From positions 459,633 through 523,632 of the forward strand of contig JACKDE010000003.1 of NCBI GenBank assembly GCA_020633675.1: a stretch of 64,000 bases of DNA, given 5' to 3'. Made by a program: the position numbers and the translations under genes. Shown here piece after piece: positions 18,162 through 28,095 of the stretch. The notes beneath the pieces were generated by a model. The model was not told where the DNA came from, made no database searches, and worked only from the letters and a program-made list of their open reading frames with translations. The stretch's first letter is position 1. Every line of letters starts with the position of its first letter. This stretch comes from Deferribacteres bacterium (lineage in GTDB: Bacteria; Zhuqueibacterota; Zhuqueibacteria; Zhuqueibacterales; Geothermadaptataceae).

Positions 18162-21100
18162 CTAACGCACCAATAGCATTTTGCGCGATGAAACGAGATT
18201 GCCGGCACGCAGCCGATAGAGATAAATCCCGCTCGGCACGGCTTGGCCGTCAGCACTGCGGCCATCCCATTTTACCAAATGCTCACCGGCTGATTGTCTG
18301 GTTTGCACCAACACCGCGACTTCCCTGCCCATGCGATCAAAAACTGTCAACTCAACTTCGCCTGCTTCGGAAAGTTGGTAACGGATCACGGTTTCCGGAT
18401 TGAACGGATTGGGATAGTTTTGCTGCAATTCAAAGGCTGTCGGCACCAGCGGAATGTCACCAACTGCATCGCCGGCTGCTTTCTCGGTGCCGATCACAAT
18501 TTTATACAGCCTTCCGTCCTTGGCAGCGTCGCTCGCAACACGAAACATGCCATTCTGAAGCGGCACAATCGCTTCCTTCTGCATGTCAAACACAAAAATG
18601 CCGAACTCATCCGGCAAGGCACCGATTTTCCGCAACGAAACAAGAATATCACTTTTCAACGAGTTCGCATCGATCCGCACATCCCAAGAGCTGCCTTCGG
18701 TATTGTTATCGCGAAAATTGCCGGCAAACTGATCGCCATTTTCAATGATCGAGATGCTTAGCTCATCCGAAATCGCCGGAGCATCGAAGAAATCGAAATC
18801 ATCCAATCCAGCTTTTGCGCCATCGCGGAAACCGATAAAATTCTGTGTGTCACGGAACGATTCTCCAGCAGCTTGAGCGCTAATTTGCAGGACAAACTCT
18901 CGCGAACTGATGTCCGTGAGGGCGCGTGAGGCCATTTTGCCCTGCCGGGTGGTGGCGATCTCTGCCTCGACCGGTGGAATCGTCAAAATCGTCGGTGTCA
19001 GGCTCAAATTGAAGACAAAGTAACCCTGCCATGGCTCCAGCACCGGCACATCGAATTGATATTCATCACCGTCGAAAAAGACTGGATTTTGTACTGCGCC
19101 ATCCGCTGAAACAGCGTCCCAGGATACCGGGAACGCGAAAGGACAGGCAATTTGGTTCCAGCCCGGGCGCAGGGTGATTTGGTACGGCGCCGCTGCGCTG
19201 ACTGAGGTCGCATTGTCAACGTCGAAATTGACAGCTTCGCGGGTGATCAGCCAAAATGCCGTTCCCGGCGTAAATTCCGCCTCGATCTCGGAGTATTCCC
19301 GGTAGCCCAATCGCTCCCATCGGAACAAGCGCCACGCTCGCGGGAAAGTCTCGTAGCGGCCCAAATCGTCGAAAAGTACGGAATCGATAGCGGATTGCGC
19401 CAAAGTCATCGGCACGGAAATCATTCGGAATTTTTCCGCTGTTGGTGTACTCGCTGCTGCGAGACGGCTGATACGGGCCGGTATAAAACGCGGATTGTTT
19501 TGTGGATCGATCGGTGGCAGAGTAATGGTTGTCTCGCCGTCGGTGATTTCAATGTAATACTGTACGCCGCGTTCGGTCACCGCCGACGGTGGGATGGTCA
19601 CGTTCAAAGAGCTGCCGCTGACATTGATCGGTTCACTTTCATAGGTACTTCGCCCGGCTGAGCGGTAGAAAAGCTGGCCGCTGACTGCTGTGAACGCCTG
19701 CGGTGGCATAACGTCGATGACCAAACTCTCACCAACCCGGGTTTGCTCCGGCTCGACCACTGCAATCTCGCCATATTCGGTTATTTTTTCTGTGATTGCC
19801 AGGAATTGTTTAGCGACAAAAGCGCCCAGTGTTTCTTTTCCACCGGATGGCCATTCGATGATCAGCGCACTGGCAGTCTGCGCCGTTCCGAGTCCGAAAA
19901 ATGCTTGCGCGCTATTTTGTCCACCGAATCCACCGCCAGTTTGCGCCGCGATTTCGCGGAATTGCGAAACAGGCTGCCCGTCTATACTCGTTTGCAAGGT
20001 GATCTTTGCACCAATCGCTGATCGGTTTGATTTCGACCCGATAAGCTGAATGCTGATCCAGTTGTTATTGTGACCGTTATTCCGGTAGAGAAAATTCCGC
20101 CCATTGTTGGCAATCGCAAAATCGAGATCGCCATCGTTGTCAAAATCAGCTGTGCTCACGCCATTCGCCAGCACCGATGCTGCTAAGTTGTTTGGCAATA
20201 TCTGTGGCTCAAAAGCGCCATTGCCCAGGTTCAGAAACAGCACATTGTTTCCGACTTCACTATCATTTCCCGCGACCACCAAATCGAGATCGCCATCGCC
20301 GTCAAAATCCCCCCATGCACTGCCGGTATTGAACGCGAACGTGCCGGTGAAGCCGCTATCGTTCATTTTGCTAAAACTGCCATCGCCATTATTCTGATAG
20401 AAAAAGTTGGACGCAGCATCGTGATTGGTCACGATCAAGTCGAGATCGCCATCGTTGTCAAAATCGCCCCAGCTGGCACCGCGTGACGATCCCCCTTCTG
20501 TCGAAATCATCACGTCGGCCAATTTTGTAAAACCGCCATCGCCGTTGTTGCGATAAAGTGTGTTATTGGCTCCAGCGCCATTGAGCACAAAAAGATCAAC
20601 ATCACCATCTCTGTCATAATCCGCCCAGGTGCATCCAAATGAGTCGGCACCATCCGTTACGACTTCGCCGGTGGTGATTTTTGCAAAACGTATAGAATCA
20701 GCAGAGCTGGTATTCCGATACAGGAAATTACCGCCTTGCTGATTTGCCACGAACAAATCGAGCATGCCATCGTGATCGAAATCTGCCCAACTGGCCGCCA
20801 CGGAAAAGCCTCCGTCTGTCACGATCGCGCCATACAGGACTCTCGTAAAACTGCCATCGCCGTTGTTGATGTACAAAGCATTATCCGCAGCGCTGAAGCT
20901 GGCAATCAAGAAATCGCTATTGGATACATCCGCATTGGCAATAAACACATCGGCATCGCCATCGTTGTCGATATCGCCCCAGGAGGCCGCAAAGGATTGC
21001 ATCACATCGCTGGTAAGGGCTCCCGCATCTGCTAAGCTGAAATTTCCTGCACCATCGTTCTCAAAAAGCTGATTCGGCACATCAGCATCGCCGGTCGTGA

Positions 21101-24100
21101 AAAACAGATCGAAATCACCGTCAAGGTCGAAATCGACCCAACTGCTGCTGGTGGAATTGTACGATTCTGCAACAACCGGCCCTTCAACGATTTGGGTAAA
21201 CATGTCGAATGGCTGCACGCCGGTGCCGTGCAATTGCACTCTATCCGGGCTTGATGGCGCGTTGCTGGTGACGGTCAGATCGGCGATGCGCTGCCCCGAT
21301 GCTGACGGCTGAAACGCGATGGTCAGGTTTGCGCTCTCTCCGGGCTGCAGCGAGATGGTGCTGCCCGTATCCTGTAAAATAAAATCCGTGCTATTGGCGC
21401 CTGCGATTGCAATAGCCGCAACAGAAAGTGTGGTGCCACCGTCGTTTGTCAGCGTAACTGTGCGCAGGCTTTCTTTGCCAAGCCCCATCTCGCCAAATTC
21501 GACGGTCTGCGGTGTCAACGTCAGGGCGGGTTCGACCGTCATGCCTCTGCCTTGCAATTGCACAGTGTCGGGGCTTGAGGGTGCATTGCTCACGATCACC
21601 AGTTCAGCGACACGCTCACCTGCCGCTAATGGCTGGAACGCAACCTGCAAATTGGCGCTTTCGCCAGGTTGCAGCGTGATGGGGCTGCTGGTATCTTGCA
21701 AAACGAAATCTGTGCTATGGGTGCCAGCAATGACAATGGAACTGACAACCGCCGCAGCTTCGCCGACGTTTGCGAGATTGATGGTGCGCAAGACCGAATC
21801 CCCAAGCTGTGTTGCGCCAAAGTCGATCGCTTGCGGCGTCAGCATCAAGGCAGGTTCGACCATCATGCCTCTGCCTTGCAATTGCACGGTGTCCGGGCTT
21901 GATGGTGCATTGCTGACAATCACCAGTCCTGCGATGCGCTCACCTGCCACTAATGGCTGGAACGCAACCTGCAAATTGGCGCTTTCGCCTGCTTGCAGCG
22001 TGATGGGGCTGCTGGTATCTTGCAAAACGAAATCTGTGCTATGGGTACCAGCAATTGCGATGGAACTGACAACGGCCGCAGCTTCGCCAACATTTGCGAG
22101 TTTGATGGTGCGCAAGACCGAATCCCCAAGCTGTGTTGCGCCAAAATCGACCGTTTGTGGCGTCAGCATCAAGGCAGGTTCAACGACCACGCCTGTGCCA
22201 CGCAATTGCACCAAATCCGGGCTCGTAGGCGCGTTGCTGGTGACGGTCAACTCAGACACACGCTCGCCTGCGGCTGATGGCTGGAACGCAACCTGTAAAT
22301 TAGAGCTTTCGCCAGGTTGCAGCGTGATTGGGCTGCTGGTATCTTGCAAAACGAAATCTGTATTGTGCGCGCCAGTGACCGCAACCGTAGTTACCGAAAC
22401 CGGAATGCTGCCAGTGTTTGCTAAAGCAATGGTACGCAAAACTCGTTCTCCGAGCTGTGTTGCGCCAAAATCGACCGTTTGTGGCGTCAATGTCAGGTTT
22501 GGCGCTACCGTCACAAATGAGTAATCGTTCGCGCCAATTTCGGTCTGGAAACGCAGCGCATCATTGATTTGCAAGCCGTTTACCGTGGTAAAATCACCGT
22601 TGAGTGAGCCAAATCCAATCAATGCAAATCGATTGTCTGGCGCGGGCACAAAGCCATTGAGCAGCAGAATATCCAACCTGCCAGCCAAATTGGTAACACC
22701 ACTGATGGACACACGATCAAAACTGCTTTCACTGCCGATTTCCATTTCGAGCAAACCGGACTCGCTCTGCGTGTAGTCACCACGTACTTCCAACAAGCCG
22801 ATATCCGCGCCGGGCTGAAATTGCCCTCCCATCACCAGATTTGCCGCAATCAGTCCTGCACCGCGCAATGCACCGCCGGATATTTCAATGCTGCCAGCGG
22901 ATTCGATGCTGCCGCCAGCGAGAATCGTCGCACCAGAATTCTGCTTCATTCCGCTCGGGATGCGCAGAATGCCATTTTGCACGTCGATCTGACCACTGTT
23001 TTGCAAATCGAGATCGAGCGCGGCTTGTGCGCCATTTGCAGAGAAAGTGATCTTGCCGCGGTTTACCAGACTGGTAGTGCTGCCAGGATCAGGATTGCCA
23101 TTCCATTGCAGCGTGCCTTCGATCTGGAACACACCGTTCGCAGCGTTCAGCAGGCTTGCACCACTACCGCTTTGTAGAGAGAAAGTATCGGCAACACGCA
23201 CAATTCCACTATTTTTGAGCGCAAAACCATTCTGCCAAAACTTGTCCGCCGTGGTTTCTAAATCAACCGCGCCACTGTTCTCGAGCGTATCTTGGGCGGA
23301 AATGGCGCCACCCTGCCAGGTGATCGTCCCCAGATTTTCAAGCCTGCCAGCGAAAGAAAGTACACTCTGTACCGTGACAAGCAGCTCAGCTTGTGGTTGA
23401 ATTTTGGCAGCGCCGCCGATGGCAAGCGTCTGGTTGTTGGTCGACAAAATTTGCCTTCCGGTCGCTGGCGCATCAAGCGCGCCCAGTTCGAGGTGCTGCA
23501 CTGTGGCCGGAATATCCAATGTGACGGTGTAGTCTCCAGCTTGCGTTATGAAAACACGATCGAGTGCTGTGGGCACTGTATTTGTGCTCCAGTTGCCCGG
23601 CTCACTCCAATTTCCGGATAGCGCCGCGTTCCAGAAAACATCCTGCGCGCCAAGTGGCAGTGCATTCACAAAAACACCTTGACCATCTATGCCGGCAAAA
23701 ATCTGGTTTTGGCTATCGATCGTGAGCGACAACACGGCCGCGGCAGGCAATCCATCACTGAATAACTGCCATGAACGGCCGTTGTCTGCGGAAACAAACA
23801 CGCCCTGATTTTCTGCCAGCGCCAACAGCACACCGTTTTTTGCAGTCACCATTTTGTTGATGGTCGTGCGCTGCGCAATCGCTCCAATGCCAGACCAACT
23901 TTGGCCGTCATCAAGTGACGAGAATAGCGCCCCGCTTGCGCTGACCGCCAGCAGTTCGCCCCCCAACCTCTGAGCCATGGCCGTGATGCGTGTGCCTTCC
24001 ACGCCATTGGTGACCGGTAGCCAGGATTGGCCGCTATCCGAGGAGCGCAGCATGCGGGCAGCGCTGGTCGTCACAAAAAGGATGTCCTTTGCGCTCACAA

Positions 24101-25535
24101 ACAGCTCGACAATCAACTCATCCGCCAAACCAATGTTCACCAAGCTCCAACTCGAACCGTTATCCTGAGAGAGGTAAAGGTTATCACCGGCCGCCCATAA
24201 TTCGCCTTTGGTGTTCTGGGCAAGCTTTTGTATTGCGGGCGCGTTTTCCAGGCCCTTGGTGAACTGTACCCAGGTGTCGCCATCATTGCTTGAACGAAAA
24301 ATTCCGGCCCCAAACGCGTCCACCGCCACTAAAACGGCACCCTGACTCTGAGGATCAAAGAGCATATCGTTGACAGGACCGATATCGAGACCGCGGGTTA
24401 ACCAGGTCCACGTACCACCGCTATCGCGCGAACGAAAAATGCCGTTGCCCCGGGTGCCGGCCAAAATACTGCCCCGGTCTGTAGTCAATAGCGCACTGAC
24501 CCTGGTATTGGTCAGCCCGTTATTGGCGACTTCCCAGCTTTTACCACCGTCAGTCGAGCGATAAACACCGAGACTGGCAGTCGCAGCTGCGCTTGCGCCA
24601 CCTGTACCGACAAAAAGCTCACCATTGATTCCTTTGGCAATCGCTAAAATCGAATTGCTGGTCAAGCCCTTATCTGTCAGCACCCAGTTCGTGCCAAAAT
24701 CGGTTGACTGGTACAGGCCGCCGCCATCTGTGCCGGCATAAATTTCACCTTGTACTCCGACGGCAAGAGCCTGAACGACCGGCACAGCCAGGCCAGTGTT
24801 CGCAGGCACCCAATTCAAGCCATTGTCTCGCGAGAGGTAAATGCCTTCAGCCGTTCCCGCAAAAATAAAATTGTCGCCAGCAAACGTGATGGACGTTGCT
24901 CCGAATCCGCTATCGATTTGCTCCCACTTGCCTCCCTGGTCGGCACTGCGAAACAAGCCTGCTTGCGGAATACCGGCCAGCAGCTCCAAAGTGAACGGAT
25001 TGACAGCAAGCGCTTCAACAGCGATGTCGTTCGGCAAGCCAGCAGTAGCTGGTCCCCACGAATCACCGTTATCTGTCGAGCGCAGCACACCGTTGCCGGT
25101 ACCGAGATAAATATTCTGAGATTCCGGTTCAATTGCTATGGCAAGAACGGAAAATTGTGCACCAATCAGTCCGGTATTGACCGGTTGCCAACTCTGGCCG
25201 GCATCGGATGATCGGAAAACACCGCCGCCATTTGTGCCGGCAAAAATCTGATCTTCGATATTGACCGCCAAAGCGCGGATATCCAGACTCGCCAAACCGC
25301 TGGCCGCAGCTTGCCAATTCGTGCCAGCATCTTCCGATCGAAAAATGCCCGCCCCTTGAGTGCCGGCAAACAGCTGTCCCTTGGCATTGCTGACAATCGT
25401 CTGAACCGTACCACCATATGGCCCTTGCGTCGGTTTCCATGGATTTTGCGCCATAACGGTGCTATTTAGCAACAAGCAAATTAAGCTCATAAATGAAAGA
25501 GCTGCAAATTTTTGAAATTTTAACTGGTTCATCAT
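18162..25535 (-). CDS. Giant (2457 aa) secreted multi-propeller surface protein, T9SS cargo
   Basis: Signal peptide. About 13 Asp-box/BNR-like S.D.G..W motifs in the first ~620 aa. A G/S/N-rich beta-helix-like segment. Four tandem ~108-aa Ig-like repeats (LTPQTVDFGATQLG...). Seven FG-GAP/VCBS-type FD.DGD.DL motifs followed by an ASPIC/UnbV-like block. A ~600-aa unassigned region. The last 90 aa (18162-18434) are a T9SS type-A CTD. Confidence 0.85.
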   Translation of the reverse strand: MMNQLKFQKFAALSFMSLICLLLNSTVMAQNPWKPTQGPYGGTVQTIVSNAKGQLFAGTQGAGIFRSEDAGTNWQAAASGLASLDIRALAVNIEDQIFAGTNGGGVFRSSDAGQSWQPVNTGLIGAQFSVLAIAIEPESQNIYLGTGNGVLRSTDNGDSWGPATAGLPNDIAVEALAVNPFTLELLAGIPQAGLFRSADQGGKWEQIDSGFGATSITFAGDNFIFAGTAEGIYLSRDNGLNWVPANTGLAVPVVQALAVGVQGEIYAGTDGGGLYQSTDFGTNWVLTDKGLTSNSILAIAKGINGELFVGTGGASAAATASLGVYRSTDGGKSWEVANNGLTNTRVSALLTTDRGSILAGTRGNGIFRSRDSGGTWTWLTRGLDIGPVNDMLFDPQSQGAVLVAVDAFGAGIFRSSNDGDTWVQFTKGLENAPAIQKLAQNTKGELWAAGDNLYLSQDNGSSWSLVNIGLADELIVELFVSAKDILFVTTSAARMLRSSDSGQSWLPVTNGVEGTRITAMAQRLGGELLAVSASGALFSSLDDGQSWSGIGAIAQRTTINKMVTAKNGVLLALAENQGVFVSADNGRSWQLFSDGLPAAAVLSLTIDSQNQIFAGIDGQGVFVNALPLGAQDVFWNAALSGNWSEPGNWSTNTVPTALDRVFITQAGDYTVTLDIPATVQHLELGALDAPATGRQILSTNNQTLAIGGAAKIQPQAELLVTVQSVLSFAGRLENLGTITWQGGAISAQDTLENSGAVDLETTADKFWQNGFALKNSGIVRVADTFSLQSGSGASLLNAANGVFQIEGTLQWNGNPDPGSTTSLVNRGKITFSANGAQAALDLDLQNSGQIDVQNGILRIPSGMKQNSGATILAGGSIESAGSIEISGGALRGAGLIAANLVMGGQFQPGADIGLLEVRGDYTQSESGLLEMEIGSESSFDRVSISGVTNLAGRLDILLLNGFVPAPDNRFALIGFGSLNGDFTTVNGLQINDALRFQTEIGANDYSFVTVAPNLTLTPQTVDFGATQLGERVLRTIALANTGSIPVSVTTVAVTGAHNTDFVLQDTSSPITLQPGESSNLQVAFQPSAAGERVSELTVTSNAPTSPDLVQLRGTGVVVEPALMLTPQTVDFGATQLGDSVLRTIKLANVGEAAAVVSSIAIAGTHSTDFVLQDTSSPITLQAGESANLQVAFQPLVAGERIAGLVIVSNAPSSPDTVQLQGRGMMVEPALMLTPQAIDFGATQLGDSVLRTINLANVGEAAAVVSSIVIAGTHSTDFVLQDTSSPITLQPGESANLQVAFQPLAAGERVAELVIVSNAPSSPDTVQLQGRGMTVEPALTLTPQTVEFGEMGLGKESLRTVTLTNDGGTTLSVAAIAIAGANSTDFILQDTGSTISLQPGESANLTIAFQPSASGQRIADLTVTSNAPSSPDRVQLHGTGVQPFDMFTQIVEGPVVAESYNSTSSSWVDFDLDGDFDLFFTTGDADVPNQLFENDGAGNFSLADAGALTSDVMQSFAASWGDIDNDGDADVFIANADVSNSDFLIASFSAADNALYINNGDGSFTRVLYGAIVTDGGFSVAASWADFDHDGMLDLFVANQQGGNFLYRNTSSADSIRFAKITTGEVVTDGADSFGCTWADYDRDGDVDLFVLNGAGANNTLYRNNGDGGFTKLADVMISTEGGSSRGASWGDFDNDGDLDLIVTNHDAASNFFYQNNGDGSFSKMNDSGFTGTFAFNTGSAWGDFDGDGDLDLVVAGNDSEVGNNVLFLNLGNGAFEPQILPNNLAASVLANGVSTADFDNDGDLDFAIANNGRNFLYRNNGHNNNWISIQLIGSKSNRSAIGAKITLQTSIDGQPVSQFREIAAQTGGGFGGQNSAQAFFGLGTAQTASALIIEWPSGGKETLGAFVAKQFLAITEKITEYGEIAVVEPEQTRVGESLVIDVMPPQAFTAVSGQLFYRSAGRSTYESEPINVSGSSLNVTIPPSAVTERGVQYYIEITDGETTITLPPIDPQNNPRFIPARISRLAAASTPTAEKFRMISVPMTLAQSAIDSVLFDDLGRYETFPRAWRLFRWERLGYREYSEIEAEFTPGTAFWLITREAVNFDVDNATSVSAAAPYQITLRPGWNQIACPFAFPVSWDAVSADGAVQNPVFFDGDEYQFDVPVLEPWQGYFVFNLSLTPTILTIPPVEAEIATTRQGKMASRALTDISSREFVLQISAQAAGESFRDTQNFIGFRDGAKAGLDDFDFFDAPAISDELSISIIENGDQFAGNFRDNNTEGSSWDVRIDANSLKSDILVSLRKIGALPDEFGIFVFDMQKEAIVPLQNGMFRVASDAAKDGRLYKIVIGTEKAAGDAVGDIPLVPTAFELQQNYPNPFNPETVIRYQLSEAGEVELTVFDRMGREVAVLVQTRQSAGEHLVKWDGRSADGQAVPSGIYLYRLRAGNLVSSRKMLLVR
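21215..22510. repeat. Four in-frame tandem repeats of 324 bp (108 aa) inside the giant gene
   Basis: The anchor string cacctgcc(g/a)ctaatggctggaacgcaacctgcaaattggcgctttcgcc recurs at ~21618 and ~21942 (offset 324). The two central copies are near-identical by eye and the outer copies are more diverged. Off-frame shadow ORFs 21626..21820 and 21950..22144 are copies of each other. Confidence 0.8.
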
Positions 25536-25549
25536 ATTTTGTTGTGGTG

Positions 25550-26902
25550 TTATTTTCTTCCTGAAGTCACCGACTCACGAACGGGCGGCGGCGGCGGTTC
25601 CGGCAAATCTTCCAGGCCGGCGGAGGATGCTTCCTCAACTGTTTTGCGCTTGTCAATGCCGAGCAGAATGGCAGCGCCGATGTTCTCTCCCAAATGGCGA
25701 AGACGTGCTTCCACAAGGGCTTCCTTGCTGGCACGCAAAAAACGCTCTCGCCGCATGGTCGCGGCCAGCACATCTTCGCGTCGGCTGCGCATCTCGCTTG
25801 CTGCATTGGTTATTTCCAGCTTTTCGGCAGCCGTTTGAAACGCAGGATCGATTTGTGTGGCTTGCTGAAATGAACGGAATGCCGCGATGTACAAGCCGTT
25901 GCTTTCCTGTTGGAGACCACGACAAAACATCAAAAATGCCTGCAAATTGCGGGTGGGGACACGCAGGATTTCTTCCTGCTCTTCCTGTGTCAACTCGATA
26001 CCCATTTGGTCGAGAATGCCAAATACAATGGATTTTTCAAGGCGATAAAACTGGTTGAGCGCATCCGATTTAGATGCTGTGCGCGCTGCATAATCCTGCC
26101 GCACATCCGAGGCAATGACATCAACGTGCAGCTCTTTCTGCTCGCGCACATCCAGCGCGCCGGAGATGACTTTGCCTGCGCCCAGCAACAACCCGGTGCG
26201 CGGCGCAGTCGCCTGCTCAACCAGACTGGTTTGTGCAAATTCCAGCTCTTCGGATAGCGCCTGCAAACGCACGCGTTCAAGCACCCTCAGCACGCTTACC
26301 TTTGCCAAATCGATCGAAATCATCTCGCTCAACCCGTATCCCAGGTGCGCATACTGTGTATCGATGCCGGCATATTTAAACGGAAACACTGCAACGGCGC
26401 TGCGTACGATACGATCTTTGCTCAGTTCCTTCTCAAGCACCACCAGCGAGTCGATATCACGACGCAGCTTGCTTAAAAAAAGCCGCTGATAGCGCCCTGC
26501 CATCATTTTCCGAAAGGGTGACGATTCGGGATAATTGCGATAGCGGGAGTGAATCGCGATGGCAATTTCATCCTTGCCGCGAAATTCATATGCGAGGCCG
26601 GTGTAAAAGGCAATGCGTGGATCGTCCGGCTGTTTTTCGAAAGCATTGCGCAGATAGCCTTCCGCGCGGCGATAATCTTCTACGGCAAAATAAATCACGC
26701 CAAGATCAGCAATGGCCTGGGCATCCTGCGGATTGGCGAGGATTTTTTTCTGCAGTGTCCGAATTTTCGGGCGAAACTGGCTGAGGCCCTCCTGATATTG
26801 CACACGCGGCGCACAGGCACTAAAAACCAGCACGACCGCAAGCAGCAGCCCGCAAATGTGCTGGTTTTTCGAGATGAGATTTCTAATCCTGTTTTTAGGC
26901 AT
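25550..26902 (-). CDS. Lipoprotein with N-terminal TPR, a central CsgG/LpoB-like alpha/beta domain and C-terminal TPR-like helices
   Basis: Lipobox VLVFSAC. TPR-like YFAVEDYRRAEGYLRNAFE. Central block SAVAVFPFKYAG...GYGLSEMISIDLAKVSVLRVLERVRLQALSEELEF...GLLLGAGKVISGAL follows the CsgG-type pattern as I remember it. The ATG abuts the upstream stop. Confidence 0.55.
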   Translation of the reverse strand: MPKNRIRNLISKNQHICGLLLAVVLVFSACAPRVQYQEGLSQFRPKIRTLQKKILANPQDAQAIADLGVIYFAVEDYRRAEGYLRNAFEKQPDDPRIAFYTGLAYEFRGKDEIAIAIHSRYRNYPESSPFRKMMAGRYQRLFLSKLRRDIDSLVVLEKELSKDRIVRSAVAVFPFKYAGIDTQYAHLGYGLSEMISIDLAKVSVLRVLERVRLQALSEELEFAQTSLVEQATAPRTGLLLGAGKVISGALDVREQKELHVDVIASDVRQDYAARTASKSDALNQFYRLEKSIVFGILDQMGIELTQEEQEEILRVPTRNLQAFLMFCRGLQQESNGLYIAAFRSFQQATQIDPAFQTAAEKLEITNAASEMRSRREDVLAATMRRERFLRASKEALVEARLRHLGENIGAAILLGIDKRKTVEEASSAGLEDLPEPPPPPVRESVTSGRK

Positions 26903-27946
26903 TTATCCAATCCATGCTCTGATGCTATCGATTTTCTTTTGAGCCTTTTCGTAGCCGGGATCGAACTTGAGCGCCATCTGAAATTTGGCATAAGCCTGCT
27001 TGTAATTGCCGCTCTCAAGCTGGGTCAAGCCATCGGAGTAAGCCAGCATTGCCTCAAGTGATTTGGTTTCGGTGCGCGCTTCCATTTGCGCCTTGCTGAC
27101 GGTGACATCAATTTTTTTGGCCACTTTCTCGCCGAGTTTTTGGGTCAGCTCAAAAAACTTGTCGGTTTTGCCCTTCACATCTTCGGTCATCAAAATCTCG
27201 CTGGTTTCAACCTTTACCAGCCGCGCGCCAAGCCAGAGTGTGTTGTCTGCATTGATGTAGCTGCCCAGCAGCACTGAGTGTACACCCAGTTGCTTACCGA
27301 CCCGCACAGCCGAGTTGACATCAAATTTGCCAGGATCGTTTTCCAGCCCGATTTCATCCAGTATCCATTGAATGCGTTCGCGCTCGATCACTTTCAGATC
27401 GATGACACCGGTAAGCTGGTTGATGAGCAATTCGCTGAAGCCTTTTTCGAGCGGATGAAGCCGTTCACGGTCATCGATTGAGCGATTGCTGAAATCCAGT
27501 ATGGCGATGGTTTTGATACCTGGATCGGCGCGCTCCACTTCATAACTGCCGGCTTTGTCTTTGCGGACCTCGTAATACAGTTTCATCATCGGTGGCGATT
27601 CGACATCCGGATCGGGTTCCGTCAGTGGCGGTTCAAGCTCCAGCAGTTCACCGATCGCCTCTTTGGCGTCTTTTTGCAAATCTTTCGCCACATAGCTGCG
27701 GCCAAGATTCCACAACACGATCCGCTTTTCTTCGCGCGCCAGGCTTCGGTCTTGTACCAAAATCGAGTACAGTTCGATCGCTTTGTCATAATTGGCGCTG
27801 TTAAAATATTGCTGTGCCTGCTTCAGTTTTGCTTTGCTATCCTGCTGGCTGATGGCCACCTGAACAGCCGCGATGGAAATCAGAAAAACGCTGAGCAGCA
27901 AAGTAGCTCTGAGCAAGCATGAAAAATGAAAACGTGGTCTATGCAT
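26903..27946 (-). CDS. Secreted TPR / CsgG-like domain / TPR protein (paralog of 25550..26902)
   Basis: Signal peptide. TPR-like FNSANYDKAIELYSILV. Central block KTIAILDFSNRS...GFSELLINQLTGVIDLKVIERERIQWILDEIGL...VGKQLGVHSVLLGSY. C-terminal TPR YKQAYAKFQMALKFDPGYEKA. Confidence 0.55.
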   Translation of the reverse strand: MHRPRFHFSCLLRATLLLSVFLISIAAVQVAISQQDSKAKLKQAQQYFNSANYDKAIELYSILVQDRSLAREEKRIVLWNLGRSYVAKDLQKDAKEAIGELLELEPPLTEPDPDVESPPMMKLYYEVRKDKAGSYEVERADPGIKTIAILDFSNRSIDDRERLHPLEKGFSELLINQLTGVIDLKVIERERIQWILDEIGLENDPGKFDVNSAVRVGKQLGVHSVLLGSYINADNTLWLGARLVKVETSEILMTEDVKGKTDKFFELTQKLGEKVAKKIDVTVSKAQMEARTETKSLEAMLAYSDGLTQLESGNYKQAYAKFQMALKFDPGYEKAQKKIDSIRAWIG

Positions 27947-28095
27947 TTGGCGCTCCTTCTGTGCAGATATTGCGTTCCGTGCAAATTAGATAATTTTTGC
28001 TTTTGACATGATTAGAATTTTGGCGGAAGAGATATGTGTTTGTGCACTCTTTGGCACACAGTTCAACTCATTCTCGTATGAAAAAGCTGATGTGC

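Noticed and set aside
21215-22510. Periodic repeats considered as a possible CRISPR array
   Set aside because: The period is 324 bp with no short repeat/spacer alternation. The units are in-frame protein modules of a long ORF, and there are no cas genes in the window.
21319-22524. 401-aa plus-strand ORF (and 21626..21820, 21950..22144, 21669..21902, 21993..22277) inside the giant gene
   Set aside because: These are antisense or off-frame shadows of the 324-bp tandem repeats. Their periodicity simply mirrors the sense-strand repeats. They have a Cys/Ser/Thr-rich composition and no RBS. The minus-strand frame is continuous for 2457 codons with recognisable domains.
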